Shown here piece by piece: positions 24,809 through 38,824 of a stretch of DNA of 64,000 bases. The translations under genes were made by a program, and so were the position numbers. Each line of letters opens with the position of its first letter. Position 1 is the first letter of the stretch. The notes below the pieces were generated by a model. The model was not told where the DNA came from, searched no databases, and saw nothing but the letters and a program-made list of their open reading frames with translations. The stretch comes from Mobula hypostoma (taxonomy: Eukaryota), in assembly GCF_963921235.1 (NCBI RefSeq), contig NC_086108.1, forward strand, positions 50,036,001-50,100,000, read 5' to 3'.

Positions 24809-25519
24809 TACTGGATTATCTATATAAAGCAGAGAGAAATTATCTGATTAGAAAACACAAGACAATAATGACACTTTATTGTTCCCTCGGTGAATGATTT
24901 GGAATCAAGTTTATTTCCTTGGCAGGTTTTTGTTTATGAATGAAAAAGCCAATACTTGTGTAAGCTAATCAGTCACAATTAGACTTCATGTTCAAACCTC
25001 TTAAACAGGAGTTAATTCCCTTGCTTGTCATGGTGATGTTTTGCATTTCACATCAGGGTTTTCACTTGAACACCACAAACTTGTGCTTGATTTAAAGGAA
25101 ATACTGGTGTTACAAGTGAGCCTTACACTTGAACTTTTTGCAAGATACGACATTTTCAAATTTGGCATGATGCATTTTACATAGGAAATAAATTCAAGTG
25201 TTTTCCATTTGTTGAGATAGCAACAGAATAGGAAAATCTATTTCTTAATAAAGAATCCTAGATTACCACAGTGCATTCTTGTCTGTGTAGGTGATAGTTA
25301 AGTCTGATATTAGATATTTTAAAAGCGGCTTAAACTCAATGGTAGTACAGCTAACATCTGTGAAGACATTCGATACACTGATGTTTAATGTACAGATTTT
25401 TTTCTTTAGCGTTGCCATGTTAACTGAAATATTCTGTTGAAATACACACTTTTTTGTTTTCTGTTTGTTTGCTTCATATATCCACTATATAATTTTGGTT
25501 CTTATTTAAAATTGACATT

Positions 25520-26836
25520 TAGACCATAAGATATTGGAGCAGAAATTAGGCCATTCGGCCTATCGAGTCTACTCTGCCATTCAGTCATGGCTGATCTTTT
25601 TCTTCCCCTCTTCACCCACACTCTCCAGCTTCCTCCCTGTAACCTTTGATGCCATGTCCAATCAAGAACAGATCAAGCTCTGCCTTAAACACATCCAACG
25701 ATCTGTCCTCCACAGCTGCCTGTGGTAATAAGTTCCACAAATTCACCAGCCTCTGGCTGAAGAAATTTCTCGCATCTCTGTTCGAGATGGACGCCCCTCT
25801 ATCCTGAGGCTGTGCCTTCTTGTCCTGGACATCCCCGCCATGGTAAACATCCTTTCCACATCTACTCTGTCTAGGTCTTTCAACATTCGAAAGGTTTCAA
25901 TGAGATTCTGTGCCCGCCCCCCGCCCGCAATCCTTCGAAATTCCACCAAGTACAGACCCAAAGCCATCAAACGTTCCTCGTGTAATAACCCTTTCATTCC
26001 TGGAATCATCCTTGTGTATCTCCTGTGAACTCTCTCCAGTGCCAGTACATCTTAGATGAGCCCAAAACTGTTCACAATACTGAAGACAAGGCCTTACCAG
26101 TGCCTTATAAAGTCTCAGTATCACATCCCTGCTCTTGTATTCGAGACTTATTGAAATGAATGCTAATATTGCACTTGCCTTCCTCACCACTGACTCAACC
26201 TGCACGTTAACCTTTAAGGTGTTCTGCTCAAGGACTCCCAAGTCCCTTTGCATCTCAGGTTTTTGGATTTTCTTCCCTTTTATTTCACATTCTCCATTTA
26301 TTTCTACTACCAAAGTACATGACCATGCATTTTCCAACATTGTATTTCATTTGCCACTTTCTCGCCCATTCTCCTAATCTGTTCAAGTCCTTCTGCAGTC
26401 TACCTGTTTCCTCAACACTACCTGCCCCTCCACCAGTCTTCGTATGACCTGCAGATTTGGCAACAAAGCCATCTATTTCATCATCTAAATCATTGATATA
26501 CAGCATAAAAAGAAGCGGTCCCAACACCAACCCCTGTGGAACACCACTAGTCACTGTCAGCCAACCAGAAAAGGATCCTTTTATTGCCACGCACTGCCTC
26601 TTACCAATCAGCCAATTCTCTAACTACGCCAATAATTTTCCTGCAGTGCTATGGGCCCTTAACTTGGTAAGCAGCCACATGTGTGGCACTTTGATAAAGG
26701 CCTTCTGAAAATCCAAATATACAACATCCACTGCATCCCCTTTATCTATCCTACTTGTAATCTCCTCAAAGAATTCCAACAGGTTTGTCAGGCAAGATTT
26801 TCCCTTAAGGAAACCATGCTGAGTTTGTCCTATCTA
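25520..26836 (-). mobile_element. CR1 LINE fragment, decayed; followed by a minus-strand Penelope pLTR piece (about 26840-26975)
   Basis: ORF pieces SGVPQGLVLGPLLF, LYKALVRPCLQYCEQFW; GACCATAAGA tail. Confidence 0.85.
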
Positions 26837-27331
26837 TGGTAAACACGAGAAATTCTGCAGATGCTGGAAATCCAAAGCAACATACACATAATGCTGGAGG
26901 AACAGCAGGTCAGACAGCGTCTACAGAAATTAATAAACAGTTGAGATTTCAGGCTGAGACCCTTCTTCAGGACGGTTAAAAGTTATTGGCAAATATCAAA
27001 AGCCAATTGTCTACCAAAAGAGAAGTGGTTAAAGGTCAAGTCTACCAGCGAGAATTCGGATTGAGTGGAATAATTATTTTAAGAAAGTACAGATTTAAAA
27101 CAATTTTAAAGATTTTTTAAATCCAGTGTTTATAACAATTCCTAATTTGAAGTTAAAATAAGATTTGAAGGACAGTACAAAAGTATATAATAGGCATAGA
27201 TTGAGAAAGAAGATTGTCTACCATATGTCAAGTACTAGTGGATTTGACAGTACAAGAATGGGTTTAATAACCTAATTGCAAACTTAGTGAATTTAATGAA
27301 GTATTTAAATTACAATATGTCACTCTTTCAG

Positions 27332-27482
27332 GTCAACCATACAATCAGCTGGCAATTCTGGCTTCCTCTAAAGGTGATCACCTTACTACCATTTTCTACT
27401 ATTGCAGAAGTATTGCTGTCAAGTTTCCATTCCCAGCTGCTTCTACTAATCTACAAAAAGCGCTTTCTAAAGCTTTGGAAAG
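27332..27482 (+). CDS. SMG7: SMG7 coding exon 7 (151 nt): GQPYNQLAILASSKGDHLTTIFYYCRSIAVKFPFPAASTNLQKALSKALES
   Basis: ttcag acceptor, gtgaga donor; EST1 motif GQPYNQLA. Confidence 0.97.
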
Positions 27483-28114
27483 GTGAGAAAAATTGCACTC
27501 AGAAGCAGCATAAGTACTGCAACTAGAGAATAATGATGTAGTTTGTTAGAATTTTACTTGCTCCTTTAATTTCCAATATTGCTTGTATTTAATTACTGCA
27601 TGTTAAAGTGTCATGGCTCCCTCTACAGGACGCTTGGGACTTAGACAATGGCAAACTATGTTGTGTATAACCAATAAGTAAAAGAGTATTGATAAAAGGT
27701 GCAGAGTCCAATCCCTGAAGTTAGAATAGTAATCAAATGCAGAACACAAAATAAATTTTTAAAAAATAGGTTGTGAAGAGGGTTGAAATAACAAAGAAAA
27801 AGGGGGAAATTATCTTGACATTTTTCTTTATAGATTTTATGTTAAGCAATTCTCTATTTAAAAGATTCATGTGCAATCAATGCCAAGTCATCCCTGGGTC
27901 ATGCATATTTTCAGCTACTTCAAAATAACTAATTTCCTTTTGCAGTATTTTTCAGTAGTATATTTGAAGGCTTTCCTGGGATTTAAGAAACTTTTTGGTT
28001 AGCCTATCTATATCATGTATTCACTGCATTTGAGGTAACCGTAACTTTAATGCTTGGTTATATACCTCACAAATATGCACACAAACACTTCGATTTTTTA
28101 TTTTTGTTATATAG

Positions 28115-28250
28115 CCGTGATGATGTGAAGACTAAGTGGAATGTTTCTGACTTCGTTAAGGCTTTTATTAAGTTCCATGGTCATGTGTATTTGACTAAAA
28201 GTTTAGAGAAGTTGTGTATGCTGAGAGAGAAGCTGGAAGACCAATTCAAG
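28115..28250 (+). CDS. SMG7: SMG7 coding exon 8 (136 nt): RDDVKTKWNVSDFVKAFIKFHGHVYLTKSLEKLCMLREKLEDQFK
   Basis: tatag acceptor, gtacga donor, SMG7 peptide. Confidence 0.96.
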
Positions 28251-29854
28251 GTACGATGAAACTATGCTTTGGCAATTTGATGTTTAAGTTATTTGTTACT
28301 TATGGATATGAAATTTATTCATGTTTTGCTGTTTTTTTTTGTTACCTCTTGTGACAGTGAAGGTCTCAAAATAGTTTGAGCAATTTACTTAACATTTAAG
28401 GAAATATAAAGGGAGAGAGATTGAGTTAAGATTAAAATGTTGGGAGGTTACCAGTGTAAATATTTAAAAACTTGAGAGGAATGGGCCACAGTATTTTCAT
28501 TTCAAATTCCTTGTTCACACTGGTAAGTTTGGCTTGGTGGTTAATGGTTTACCTGTATTCAAATAGATTTGGCTTGCTGCCTCAAGGTCTTCTAGCTGCC
28601 TGCTTGACCTGGGTTGATTGCAGAAGGCTGAATGAGTTGATCATTGTATCTTGGACATGTGAGCCTTTTACAAGTGGCAAAGTTAGAGGTGAAGGTAGAG
28701 CCTCTCAAGACTTCGATTTTTTTAAAAAATTGTCTGACTTGAAGCTTATAAAGCTAATGACATTGCTTTCAGTGACTTAAAATCATTTTGCAAGGTCAAA
28801 TATTTAAAACACAAAATATTAATATTGCTATGGAATAAAAATAAATGAAGTTACTCCTTTTGCCATCTATACTATAAGGCTGTAAATTCCTTTTGAAACA
28901 AATAGGACGACTGCTACTATGCCAGTGTTAGACTTGGGATTTGTAATGGAATCTAGCTCCACTGCTGGGCTTGGGAGTTTGGCAGTAGACTGTAGTGATA
29001 TATGTAGTGGTAACTGGCAGTCACCACATCTTGGATTTACTTTTGGTCTCTGAAGACTGGGACTGGCCTTTCTGGGAGCAGCTGAATCCCAGCTGTTCCC
29101 TTCAGAATAATCTGTTGTTAAAAATTTGATTCAGCCCTCTGCCCTGTCCCACTTTGGAAAAGAACTTTAAGTCCTGACTCAAGCAGATGAGAGTCATGAA
29201 ACTGTTGCCTCTGATCCAACAAGGAATTTCTGGGTTAGGGTTAGAAAGGAACATTTATAAAAGAGAGATACTGCTTAAACCTGCTGACTATTTCCAATGT
29301 TTTTTGTTTTTAATTGAGATTTACAGCATCAGCAGTTTGTTTTTGTTCCACTTTTGATAACTAAATTTGCTGCTTGTGTTGCTGATAATCTTCTACCTCC
29401 CATAACCTCTGTTTGCTCCATAAATGTTCACAACTTTCCAACCATTGAAAATGAGACTTACAACTGAAAATTGGCCTAGTTTCCCAAAATGTGCTATTGC
29501 ACTACCTTCACCTGGCTTCTGATCATTCTGAAACTCTTACATTTTGTCCCAAATCTTATGTTTTTCAGGAGGTAAATTCAAAAACAATTTGTGATACTAT
29601 TTGTTGGATGAATATTGTTTAATTTCTGTGTGGTAATATTGTAATTTTTAAAGCTAATAGGTCTAAATTTTCTTCTGTTTTCATATCAAATTTGAATACT
29701 GGATAACTTGTTTCAATATGAAATGCACACCCTCTTTTCTAGGACATTGATCCCTTGTGATTGCCAATTTTTTTCAATTTGTGGCTTGGAAACACTACTC
29801 TTCGGGAGTTATCTGCAGTGGTCATAATTCTGATTTAGATTTTGTTATTTTCAG

Positions 29855-30017
29855 AGACTTCTTCCTCAGAAGGCATTTAGTTCTCAGCAACTCGTACACC
29901 TCACAGTAATTAATCTGTTTGAGTTGCACCATCTGCGTGATTTCAGTACTGAATCGGATGACCATTGCTATAGTCAGGAAGAACTACTGTGTTGGACACA
30001 ACTCCTGGGTCTCTTTA
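29855..30017 (+). CDS. SMG7: SMG7 coding exon 9 (163 nt): RLLPQKAFSSQQLVHLTVINLFELHHLRDFS...CWTQLLGLF
   Basis: ttcag acceptor, gtaagt donor, SMG7 peptide. Confidence 0.96.
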
Positions 30018-30265
30018 GTAAGTAGCATCATAACTTGGTTTTACTTTTTGTTCATTTGTTTTTTTGGTTTTAGCTTTTGTTCATTTGTCATTGGTTGTCG
30101 GGTGAGGAACACCTGGACTTTGCTGTGCCAGTTGAAGTAATTATTTAAATCATTTTCTATTTGATTGAAGAAACGTGATTATTTAAAAATATACTGCATG
30201 CAATGAGGTGAAGACTACCACAGTAAAGTAGTTGTGAAAATCCCTATTCTTATTCAATTCTCCAG

Positions 30266-30422
30266 TGTCTTTTCTTGGAGTAATGTGCAAGTGTGCACTG
30301 CAGGATGAGAACCTCAAAGAAGCCTTGGGTGAATGCCCTCTGCCAGCAGTTAAAGTTTCATTGGATTGGCTGAAACTCAGGCCCAATGTCTTTCAGGAGA
30401 GTGCATTAGAAGAAAGGCAACA
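30266..30422 (+). CDS. SMG7: SMG7 coding exon 10 (157 nt): MSFLGVMCKCALQ...PLPAVKVSLDWLKLRPNVFQESALEERQ
   Basis: tccag acceptor, gtaagt donor, SMG7 peptide. Confidence 0.96.
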
Positions 30423-30621
30423 GTAAGTATTCCTTATTCAGATCTAGCACAGTTAAGAAATTTGTTGGTAAATCTTTTAAGTGACTGAATGTCCTGCAGT
30501 ACTTAAGTGATAACTCATCTGTGTTCTTTATCTGGCATTGATGCTAGTTTTCTTGTTTTTTTCCTCCTTGTACTTCGTACATAGAATTGTTAAATGTACC
30601 TTTCTGAACGTGCATTTTTTT

Positions 30622-33600
30622 ATTACTAATTTTTTATTGCAACACCAACAAATTACATTCAATGCAACTACAATTACATTTTGACTGTTTAACCCAGCTA
30701 CCCCCCAACCTTCATCATCATCCCCCCTCCACCCCTCTCACCTCCCCATCCCTCTCCCCTCCACCAATCAACTGAATAGTAGTACATACACAGACAAAGC
30801 ATTCCTATTTTAACAAAAGATCTTTTAAGTTAGATATCAAATTTGTCCACATTATGATTGTGTTTGGTCGTGCATCATTTACTCTTGCTAATGAAAATTC
30901 CAGGTTAGAAATGTCCAAAAAGCTCCGAAGCCAGTGAGTATTTGAAATATCATGGGGAGGTTTCCAACGCTGGACTACAATCTTCTTAGCTGCAGTCAGG
31001 CCTGCCAGCCAGATTTTGCGTGTTTTTTCCGTAAGAGAAAGGTGGGAGTCATCATTTAGAAGATGTACAGCGGGGTCCATTGGTAATTGTACCTCTGTTA
31101 GTTCTGTAAGAGTACTGATAACCTTCTCCACAAATCAAAAACCCCTGGACATTCCCATACAACATGTATAAAAGAGCCAATGGCTCCATGGGGGCAAAAT
31201 GAGCAATAAGAGTCAGGAACCAGTCCCATTTGATGCCTAATTCTTGGTGTTAAATATGCTCTATGACAAAATTTCAAGTGTATATACTGATGATTTGGGT
31301 TTTTCGAAGCACCGGTAGCATTATCCCAAATCGCATCCCAGTCTAAATCTTGTCCCAATTCAGATATGTCCCTATCCCAAGCTTTCATTCCCGATGTGGG
31401 CATATAATTCTGGGAGTTTAATTTATCATGGGTATATGACACTATCTGTCCTGGAGCACTCTGTATCCAACTTAAAATGTGGTGGTCCTTTAAATCTGAC
31501 CCCCAGGGAATGCCGTAGGCTTTATAAGCTGATCTTATTTGAAAGTAGAAGAAAAGAGAATGTTTATCAATATTATATCGAGATATCAGTTCTTGAAAGC
31601 TAAGGATAGTACTTGCCCCATTAATATCTTGAAGGGTAGTAATACCTTTATCCTCCCAAGTTCTGTTAATGATTGGTTTCCCCCCAGATAGAAAACAATT
31701 ATTGTTCCATAATAGAGATGACTTGCACCATACGCTTTTAAATTTTAGGAATTTTTCTGCTGCTCTAAACACTTGTGGTATATGGGTTAAAATTGGACCG
31801 TAATACAAATCACTTTTTTTGGTAGGCATACGTATAAGGAGAAAGTCCTTCAACCTTATTGGTGCTATTAGCTCTTGTTCTATATTTTTCCAGGACGAAA
31901 CTTTATCCTCCTCCATCCAATAGCTAAGACTTTTTAATACAAATGCCCAGTGATACAATTTAAAATTTGGACATGCCAATCCCCCATTCGACGTTTTGAA
32001 TTGTAGAGCTGACCATTTTATATTGGGTCTTTTACCATTCCAAACATAGTATCGTAGTAAGGAGTCCAGTTTTTGCCAATCTCCGGCTGGAGGTGCAAGT
32101 GGGATCATTGAGCTGATAAAATTAATGCAGGGTAAGATGTTCATTTTAATGACCGATATATGGGCCGGTACTGATGTTGGCAGTTGTCTCCATCTACTAA
32201 TATCTTCTATTTTTTTCAGAATTAAGGAGTAATTTGTTTTAGTCACAGGTGATAGGGAAGTATTAACTTTAATACCCAAGTAGAGGACTTCATTTGTAAC
32301 TTTAATCTGGGGAGGAAGAGACACCTTACTTTTATCTGTATTAATCAGCATCAGTGCTGATTTTAACAAATTAACTTTGTATCCTGAACGAAATCCAAAT
32401 TGCTCCAGTGTTTTTAAAACATAGGGGAGAGTTTGTTGAACATTTGCCATATAAACTAGCGTAAAGTGATATTGAATGTGATGTTGTACCTATTGTAATA
32501 GGGGAGATCTGAGGAGAGTTTCTAATTAAATGTGCAAGCGGTTCAATAGATATAGTAAAAATTAAAGGAGACAAAGGGTGCTCTTGTCGTGTGCCCCGTC
32601 CTATGTCAAATAACTCTTGAGGAACCTCCTCCCACACATACCCAGGCTGAAGGATTAGCATACAGTGTTTGAATCATATTGATAAATTTATCGCCAAACT
32701 TAAATTCTTTTAGAACTCTCCAAAGATATGACCATTCAAGGCAATCGAATGCTTTTTTAGCATCTAGAAATAGCAGGCCACAGGCAGGTGGGATTTTATG
32801 TGTTGCACTCAGTACGTGTAAGGGCCGACGAATATTATCAGATGCGAGACGCCCCTTGATAAAGCCCGTTTGATCTGGGCTAATTATTTTCCCAACTACT
32901 GTCTCAAGTCTACTGGCTAAGACTTTGGAAAATATCTTGAGATTGGCATTTATCAAGGAGATTGGACAGTAATTGACACACTCCAAGGGGTGCTTACCGG
33001 GCTTAGGTATAACTGTGATCAGGGCTGTGTTTAGATCTCTATGGAAAGCGCCATTTCCAAAAGCATAATTTAATGTTTCTAACCATACTGGTCCAAGAAT
33101 ATCCCAAAATGCTAGGTAAAGTTCCACAGGTATGCCAGCTATGCCTGGCGTATGGCCCTTATTTGTAGCTTTAACTGCTTTGAGTAGCTCATCCAGTGTA
33201 ATAGGAGAGTCTGGAGTTTTGGTGTCCTCTAATGACAACGTAGGGAGGTCTAATCCACTAAGAAAATCTGTGAAGTCATTCTCAGAAGGAACTGAGCCAC
33301 TTGTATACAATTCTTTAAAGTAATTCTTGAATGTCTCATTTATTTCCTCTGTTGAAGATACCACTCCCCATTTAGCACATCTTTCTTTCTTTTTCAATCT
33401 TTTTATTAATTTCATAGAATGAAAACATAAAGCAAAAATGCAAGTAGTAGGAGATACATTGTTACATTTAAAATGAGTAATTGTAAAACCAAATAGTAAA
33501 AATTAACGAAGCTCCCAATCGTGTAGAATAATAGTGAATAATACAAAGCAAAAAAAAAACTGAAGAAAAATCATGAAAAAGAAAAAAAAACAAACCCCAT

Positions 33601-35827
33601 CCCAAAAAAAAACTAAACTAAACAGAATTAGTCAACTAAAGTAAAAGACTTGGGCAATACTAACAACTTGAAAATGGGAAAGAAGAAAACCTTAGTGTCG
33701 ACAACTCCGTTCCTCTCAACCAACAGTACAGAGAAATAAAACAAGTTTGGAAATGGTCAAATTACATCAAATGAAAATGCTGAGTGAATGGCCTCCAAGT
33801 TTTTTCAAATCTAATGGAAGGGTCATAAACCGCACTTCTAATTTTTTCCAAATTCAAACATACCATAGTTTGTGAAAACCAATGAAATACCGTAGGAGGG
33901 TTAATCTCTTTCCAATTCAGCAAAATGGATCTTCTAGCCATTAGAGTAAGAAATGCAATCATCCTACGTGCTGAAGAGGTTAGATAATTTGAATCTATCA
34001 TTGGTAATCCAAAGATAGCAGTAATTGGATGAGGTTGTAAGTCTATATTCAAAACCGTTGAAATAATGTCAAAAATATCTTTCCAATATTTTTCCAACGA
34101 AGGACATGACCAAAACATGTGAGTTAAAGAAGCTATCTCGGAATGACATCTATCACATATAGGATTAGTATAAGAATAATAACGAGATAGTTTATCTTTA
34201 GACATCTGAGCCCTGTGCACTACTGTAAACTGTATCAACACATGTTTAGCACACACAGAGGATGAATTCACCAGCTGAAGAATTTTTTCCCATTTTTTAA
34301 TCGGTATAATAATGTTAAGTTCACTTTCCCAGTCAGCTTTAATTTTATTGGAAACATCAGGACATAAATTCATAATTATATTATATAATTGCTACAACAC
34401 TTTTCTGAGAGAGATTTAAATCTAAAATTTTTTCCAAAGTGTCCATTGGATATGGGTGTGGAAAATTAGGAGAAACAGTAATTAAAAAGTTTCTAATCTG
34501 TAAATATCTAAAAAAAGTGAGATCTGGGTAAGTTATATTTATTAGAAAGTTGATCAAAAGACATGAAACAATTATCCAGAAATAAATCATGAAAACGTAT
34601 TATACCTTTGGTTTTCCAATCAAAGTAAGCTTGATCCATAGTGGAAGGTTGAAAAAGGAAATTAGATATAATAGGACTTGCTAAAATAAATTGATTAAAC
34701 CCAAAAAATCTTCGAAATTGAAACCATATATGTAAAATATGCTTAACTATTGGATTATTCATTTGTTTATACAATTTGGAAGAAGTAAAAGGAAGCAAAG
34801 TTCCTAAAACCGAACCCAAGGAAAACCCTTTTAATGAATTACATTCAAGATTTACCCACTGTGGATTTAAAGATGCATCCAAATCTTGTAACCAAAATTT
34901 TAAATATCGAATATTAATTGCCCAATAATAGAATCTGAAATTCGGGAGGGCAAGCCCCCCCTCCTTTTTGGATTTCTGTAAATACCTTTTACCTAACCTA
35001 GGATTTTTATTCTGCCATATATATGAGGAAATTTTTGAGTCTACGTTATCGAAAAAAGATTTTGGGATAAAAATTGGAACTGATTGACATACATGTAAAA
35101 ATTTGGGCAAAATGATCATCTTAATAGCATTAATCCGACCAATCAAAGACAAAGAGATTGGTGACCATTTGGTAAACAAAAGTTTAATCTGATCAATTAA
35201 AGGTAAAAAATTAGCTTTAAATAAATATACTTTTTCGTAATTGTTATCCCTAAATATATAAATGAATCAGTAACCAATTTAAATGGTAAACGTCCATAAA
35301 TAGGTACCTGCTTATTTAGGGGGAATAATTCACTCTTATTAAGATTCAATTTGTAACCAGAAAAATTTCTAAATTGAGCCAACAAACCTAGAATAGTAGG
35401 AATTGAAGCACATCTAATCGCTGGTATAGACCTTTTAGTTTCCTGTTGTTTGAGTGGTAGAGCTAAAAGATGGCTCGGTCTGCTGCCTTCTGCGTAATAC
35501 TTATGTTTGGTTATACAGATCATATATTCTGCCCTGCTTAATAAATCATTTAATTCTGCTTGTTTTGTTTTGAGCTCGCTTTCTTTTGTTATTGTGTATA
35601 TCCCTTTGAGATCATTTTCCAAAACCTTACATTCTTTTTCTAAGGTGGAAATCTTTTGAAGCCGGCTTTTATGTAGGTGAGAACTGAATCATATAGTGTT
35701 ATTTCGTAAGAAACCCTTGATGGAGGCCCAAATCACTGTCACATCTGAGACTCTATTTTTATTTAAATTTATAAATTCTGTCAGTTTTGTTCTCAGTTGT
35801 GATAGAAATTCGTCTTTTTTTAGAAGG
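30622..35827 (-). mobile_element. 5'-truncated L1/Tx1 LINE (outer), split by a second L1
   Basis: ORF2 pieces 35197..35622, 32606..33415 ([14 protein letters not shown]), 32371..32661, 31098..32450 (CSFC..HVVWEC), 30805..31131; TSD GTGCATTTTTTT at 30610-30621 and 35828-35839. Confidence 0.9.
33383..35406 (-). mobile_element. 5'-truncated L1/Tx1 LINE nested in the outer L1
   Basis: ORFs 34508..35179 and 33762..34373 (CDRC..HMFWSC); TSD AGCACATCT at 33374-33382 and 35407-35415. Confidence 0.9.
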
Positions 35828-36553
35828 GTGCATTTTTTTTGAAGTAGTATTTTGGAACTACTGTGAATTTGACATCCATGCAAATATTTCTGGAGCACCG
35901 TACTCTGAGCTCTAATGCTCAGATCTAAGAAATAATTTAGGGGGGAATTTGAAAATAGAAGGGCCTGTTTCTCTGCTATATCACTCCATAAAACTAAAAA
36001 TAAAGCTCCCATGAGTGAAATATAATAACGGACACTTCAGGCACAATTTTATATTTCAGTTTTTGTTTGTTCTTCAAGTGAGTAAGCCTGACGGGACTTC
36101 AGATAATTACTATCCAAAATTGATCTTAAGACTGAATTGCTTTCTTTCCCATGTTGTGAAGGATGGGATTGTAGTTATAGGTAGCTCCGTCTGGAAAATA
36201 GACATATGCATTTACTGAGCCAGCATGTTGTTTGTTAATTTTTTAAATTGTTTGACCAAATGATGCATCTTGACATGTGAGATTTAGACAATCATGTTAT
36301 CTGTTGTTTTCCTGTACCTTTATTAGGGCTACACTGCACTTTACAGTGTTTTTGTTTTCTGCTTAGACTGGGTGGAAAATATTCTGATTTGATCTAACAA
36401 TTGATGAAGCAAGCACCTTTTGCTCCTCATTAAGCTTTTCCGTTATCTTTCATATAATTAAGGAAGATATAATCATTCGTGATCTATCTATACCTCCCAC
36501 AAAAAGTGTGTGGCTCTTAGAATTCAAATTTTTAATTGTATTTTTTTCCTCAG

Positions 36554-36624
36554 CATTTGGCCCTGGATTGTATCATTGCTGAACAGTTTTCATCCACAGG
36601 AGGATGATTTGTCCAGTTTTAATG
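36554..36624 (+). CDS. SMG7: SMG7 coding exon 11 (71 nt): (H)IWPWIVSLLNSFHPQEDDLSSFN
   Basis: ctcag acceptor, gtaaga donor, SMG7 peptide. Confidence 0.96.
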
Positions 36625-38824
36625 GTAAGACTGCTTGCTGCTTTTGAAAATAATAATTGCGAATGAAAAAATGAATGCATTTGAATTTTAATGTGAATGA
36701 GAATATTTTCACCTGTATTTACTAATTTAATCCAACAATATATCAAATATTAGGAAAAGACAGGCTCATCTTTAAAACAATTTAATGTTGGAGTTGGCCA
36801 AACACTGTTCACTATGAAGTGTTCCAAATGTGTTTGGTATAACTCTCCACAAGTGTACTGCTTGACCCTGAGAAAATTTTATTTTGATGAAATTTTCTTA
36901 CTTAAGCCAATTTCCTTACGAGCAAGAAGACAGATAGACATTGTTATTCTTATTGGTGCTTTGGAGTTGCCTAAGAGCAGTACAGTGGGAGTTTTCCTTC
37001 AATTATGTATTAAGTGTATCTGTATCTTAATGCATTAGACTTTTTTGCTCATGTAAAATTTAATATTGGGGGTATGAAATTCAAAAATCAGGAGGAACAC
37101 CTGAAGCACTTTGGTGAGCCATTGTTTCCGGACTACAGTGTCTGCTGCTACTTGTTGGTTTCCTTTTTAAACATACAAACTATCCCTTTTGTCGTTATAT
37201 GTAGTTTACAGAGGATTTTGGACAATATATCTGGGCAAGTGTGACTTTCTATTCTACATGCGCAGTTATGCTGGCACAGAAATCCAACATGAAGAACTTC
37301 TTTGAAAATGTGCTGAAAGTTCCCATTTGATGAAATGATTTTGGAAACATTATATTATATTGAATTTCTTGCTCCAACATTTCTATGAACACTGGAGGTT
37401 TGGGGCCATGTTTGTGGAGATAACAGTAGATTAGCTAATGAGCAGTCCGAAACTCATCGGTACCTGTGAGTAACCTTGGAGATCCTCACTTGGACGATGA
37501 TATAATGTAAGATCAGCCATTGCTAGGTTGGAAGTGTTGCCATGAGGTCTTGTACCTTTGAATCAAGATATTGAAGACAACAAAACGGCACTTCAAACAT
37601 GTTGTTTGCTCTTTTAGAGTTATCATTCCCCACCCACTCCTTGCTAATCACAGCTAACAAGAGGGTCACATCTGCTCTCACTCCATCATTGACATTGCCT
37701 AGGAGAGTCAAATGTCTCCCTCGGGGACAAAAGCCAGTTTTTTTTTTCCTCTTCCTCGCCCTGTCCCCTAAGATCTGAGTAGAAGTTCTCTTTGCCCCAA
37801 TCTGATGTTTTCAGTATTGGGGCATTTTAACTGATGACTTTAGACTTTAATGTATTGGTTCTGTTTTGGAATGAGTTAGAGGGATGCGAGGGTTTCACAG
37901 GCGGAGTTGTTGAGATCCCAGACCAGAAAGCTTGATTGACTAATAGCAAGCATGACCATGTCATTGCATTAATGCTTTTCAGTGCAGTACTAAGCCATAC
38001 AGTGCCAATGCTGTTCTATGCCTTGCCTTCTGGAAGTCTCTCACTACAGGACTTTCAGACGTGGCAGAAAATTCTCTGATAGCAGATATCTCTGCCCTTT
38101 CATGTTTCTGTGTCTTAGACTACTTAAAGCAGGTTCCTTGAGGCAAGTACCCCAAATCTATTGCAGAGTAAATGAACCAACTATAGAGTTTTCTCCGACA
38201 TTTAGTCCCTCATTACATTTAGTTTGTCCTGAGAACACCTGGCCCATAACTGCTCGAGGTAAAGATGATGATGGCATTGAAAATCTCAAATTGATGCATC
38301 ACAAAGTATGAACACCTGGCTCTGAAGCTTGCTCTGCCAATCAATGTGGCTGCAACCAGTGTGCCTCGAGCCTTCGGTTCTGTTCTGTGCTAGTTTCCAA
38401 GAGCTCTGGGTTACTCAGTTTTTCAAAAATTGCTCTACTTTCTCATGCCTCTGTTCAGCTAGCCTTCACAACCATCTAAGGCAAGAATTCTGGGGATTCA
38501 CTGTACTTTGTAAGGAAAGAATTCCTACACCTCAATTTTAAATAACTGTTCCCTTGTAACAATATCCCCTTGTTTGAGACTTCCAATATAGTAAACCCAT
38601 CGCAGCATCTACACTGATATCTACTTTGTCATGTACTGTTAGAATGTTGTGCATTTCAGCGAGATCACCACCATTCTTATTTTTGTCATGTGTCAGAGCA
38701 GACAGAAGCCAAGCACACAGAAACTGTCCAACTTGTCTGGTACCTCCTGACCCATGTATGGTAGATTTCTTTCAATCTTGAAGCACCACCTCAGAGAGGA
38801 GCTTATACTTGTAAGTATTAAGTA

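Noticed and set aside
37430..38330. Moderately GC-rich stretch, possibly an old LINE remnant
   Set aside because: Too decayed to assign without a database search.
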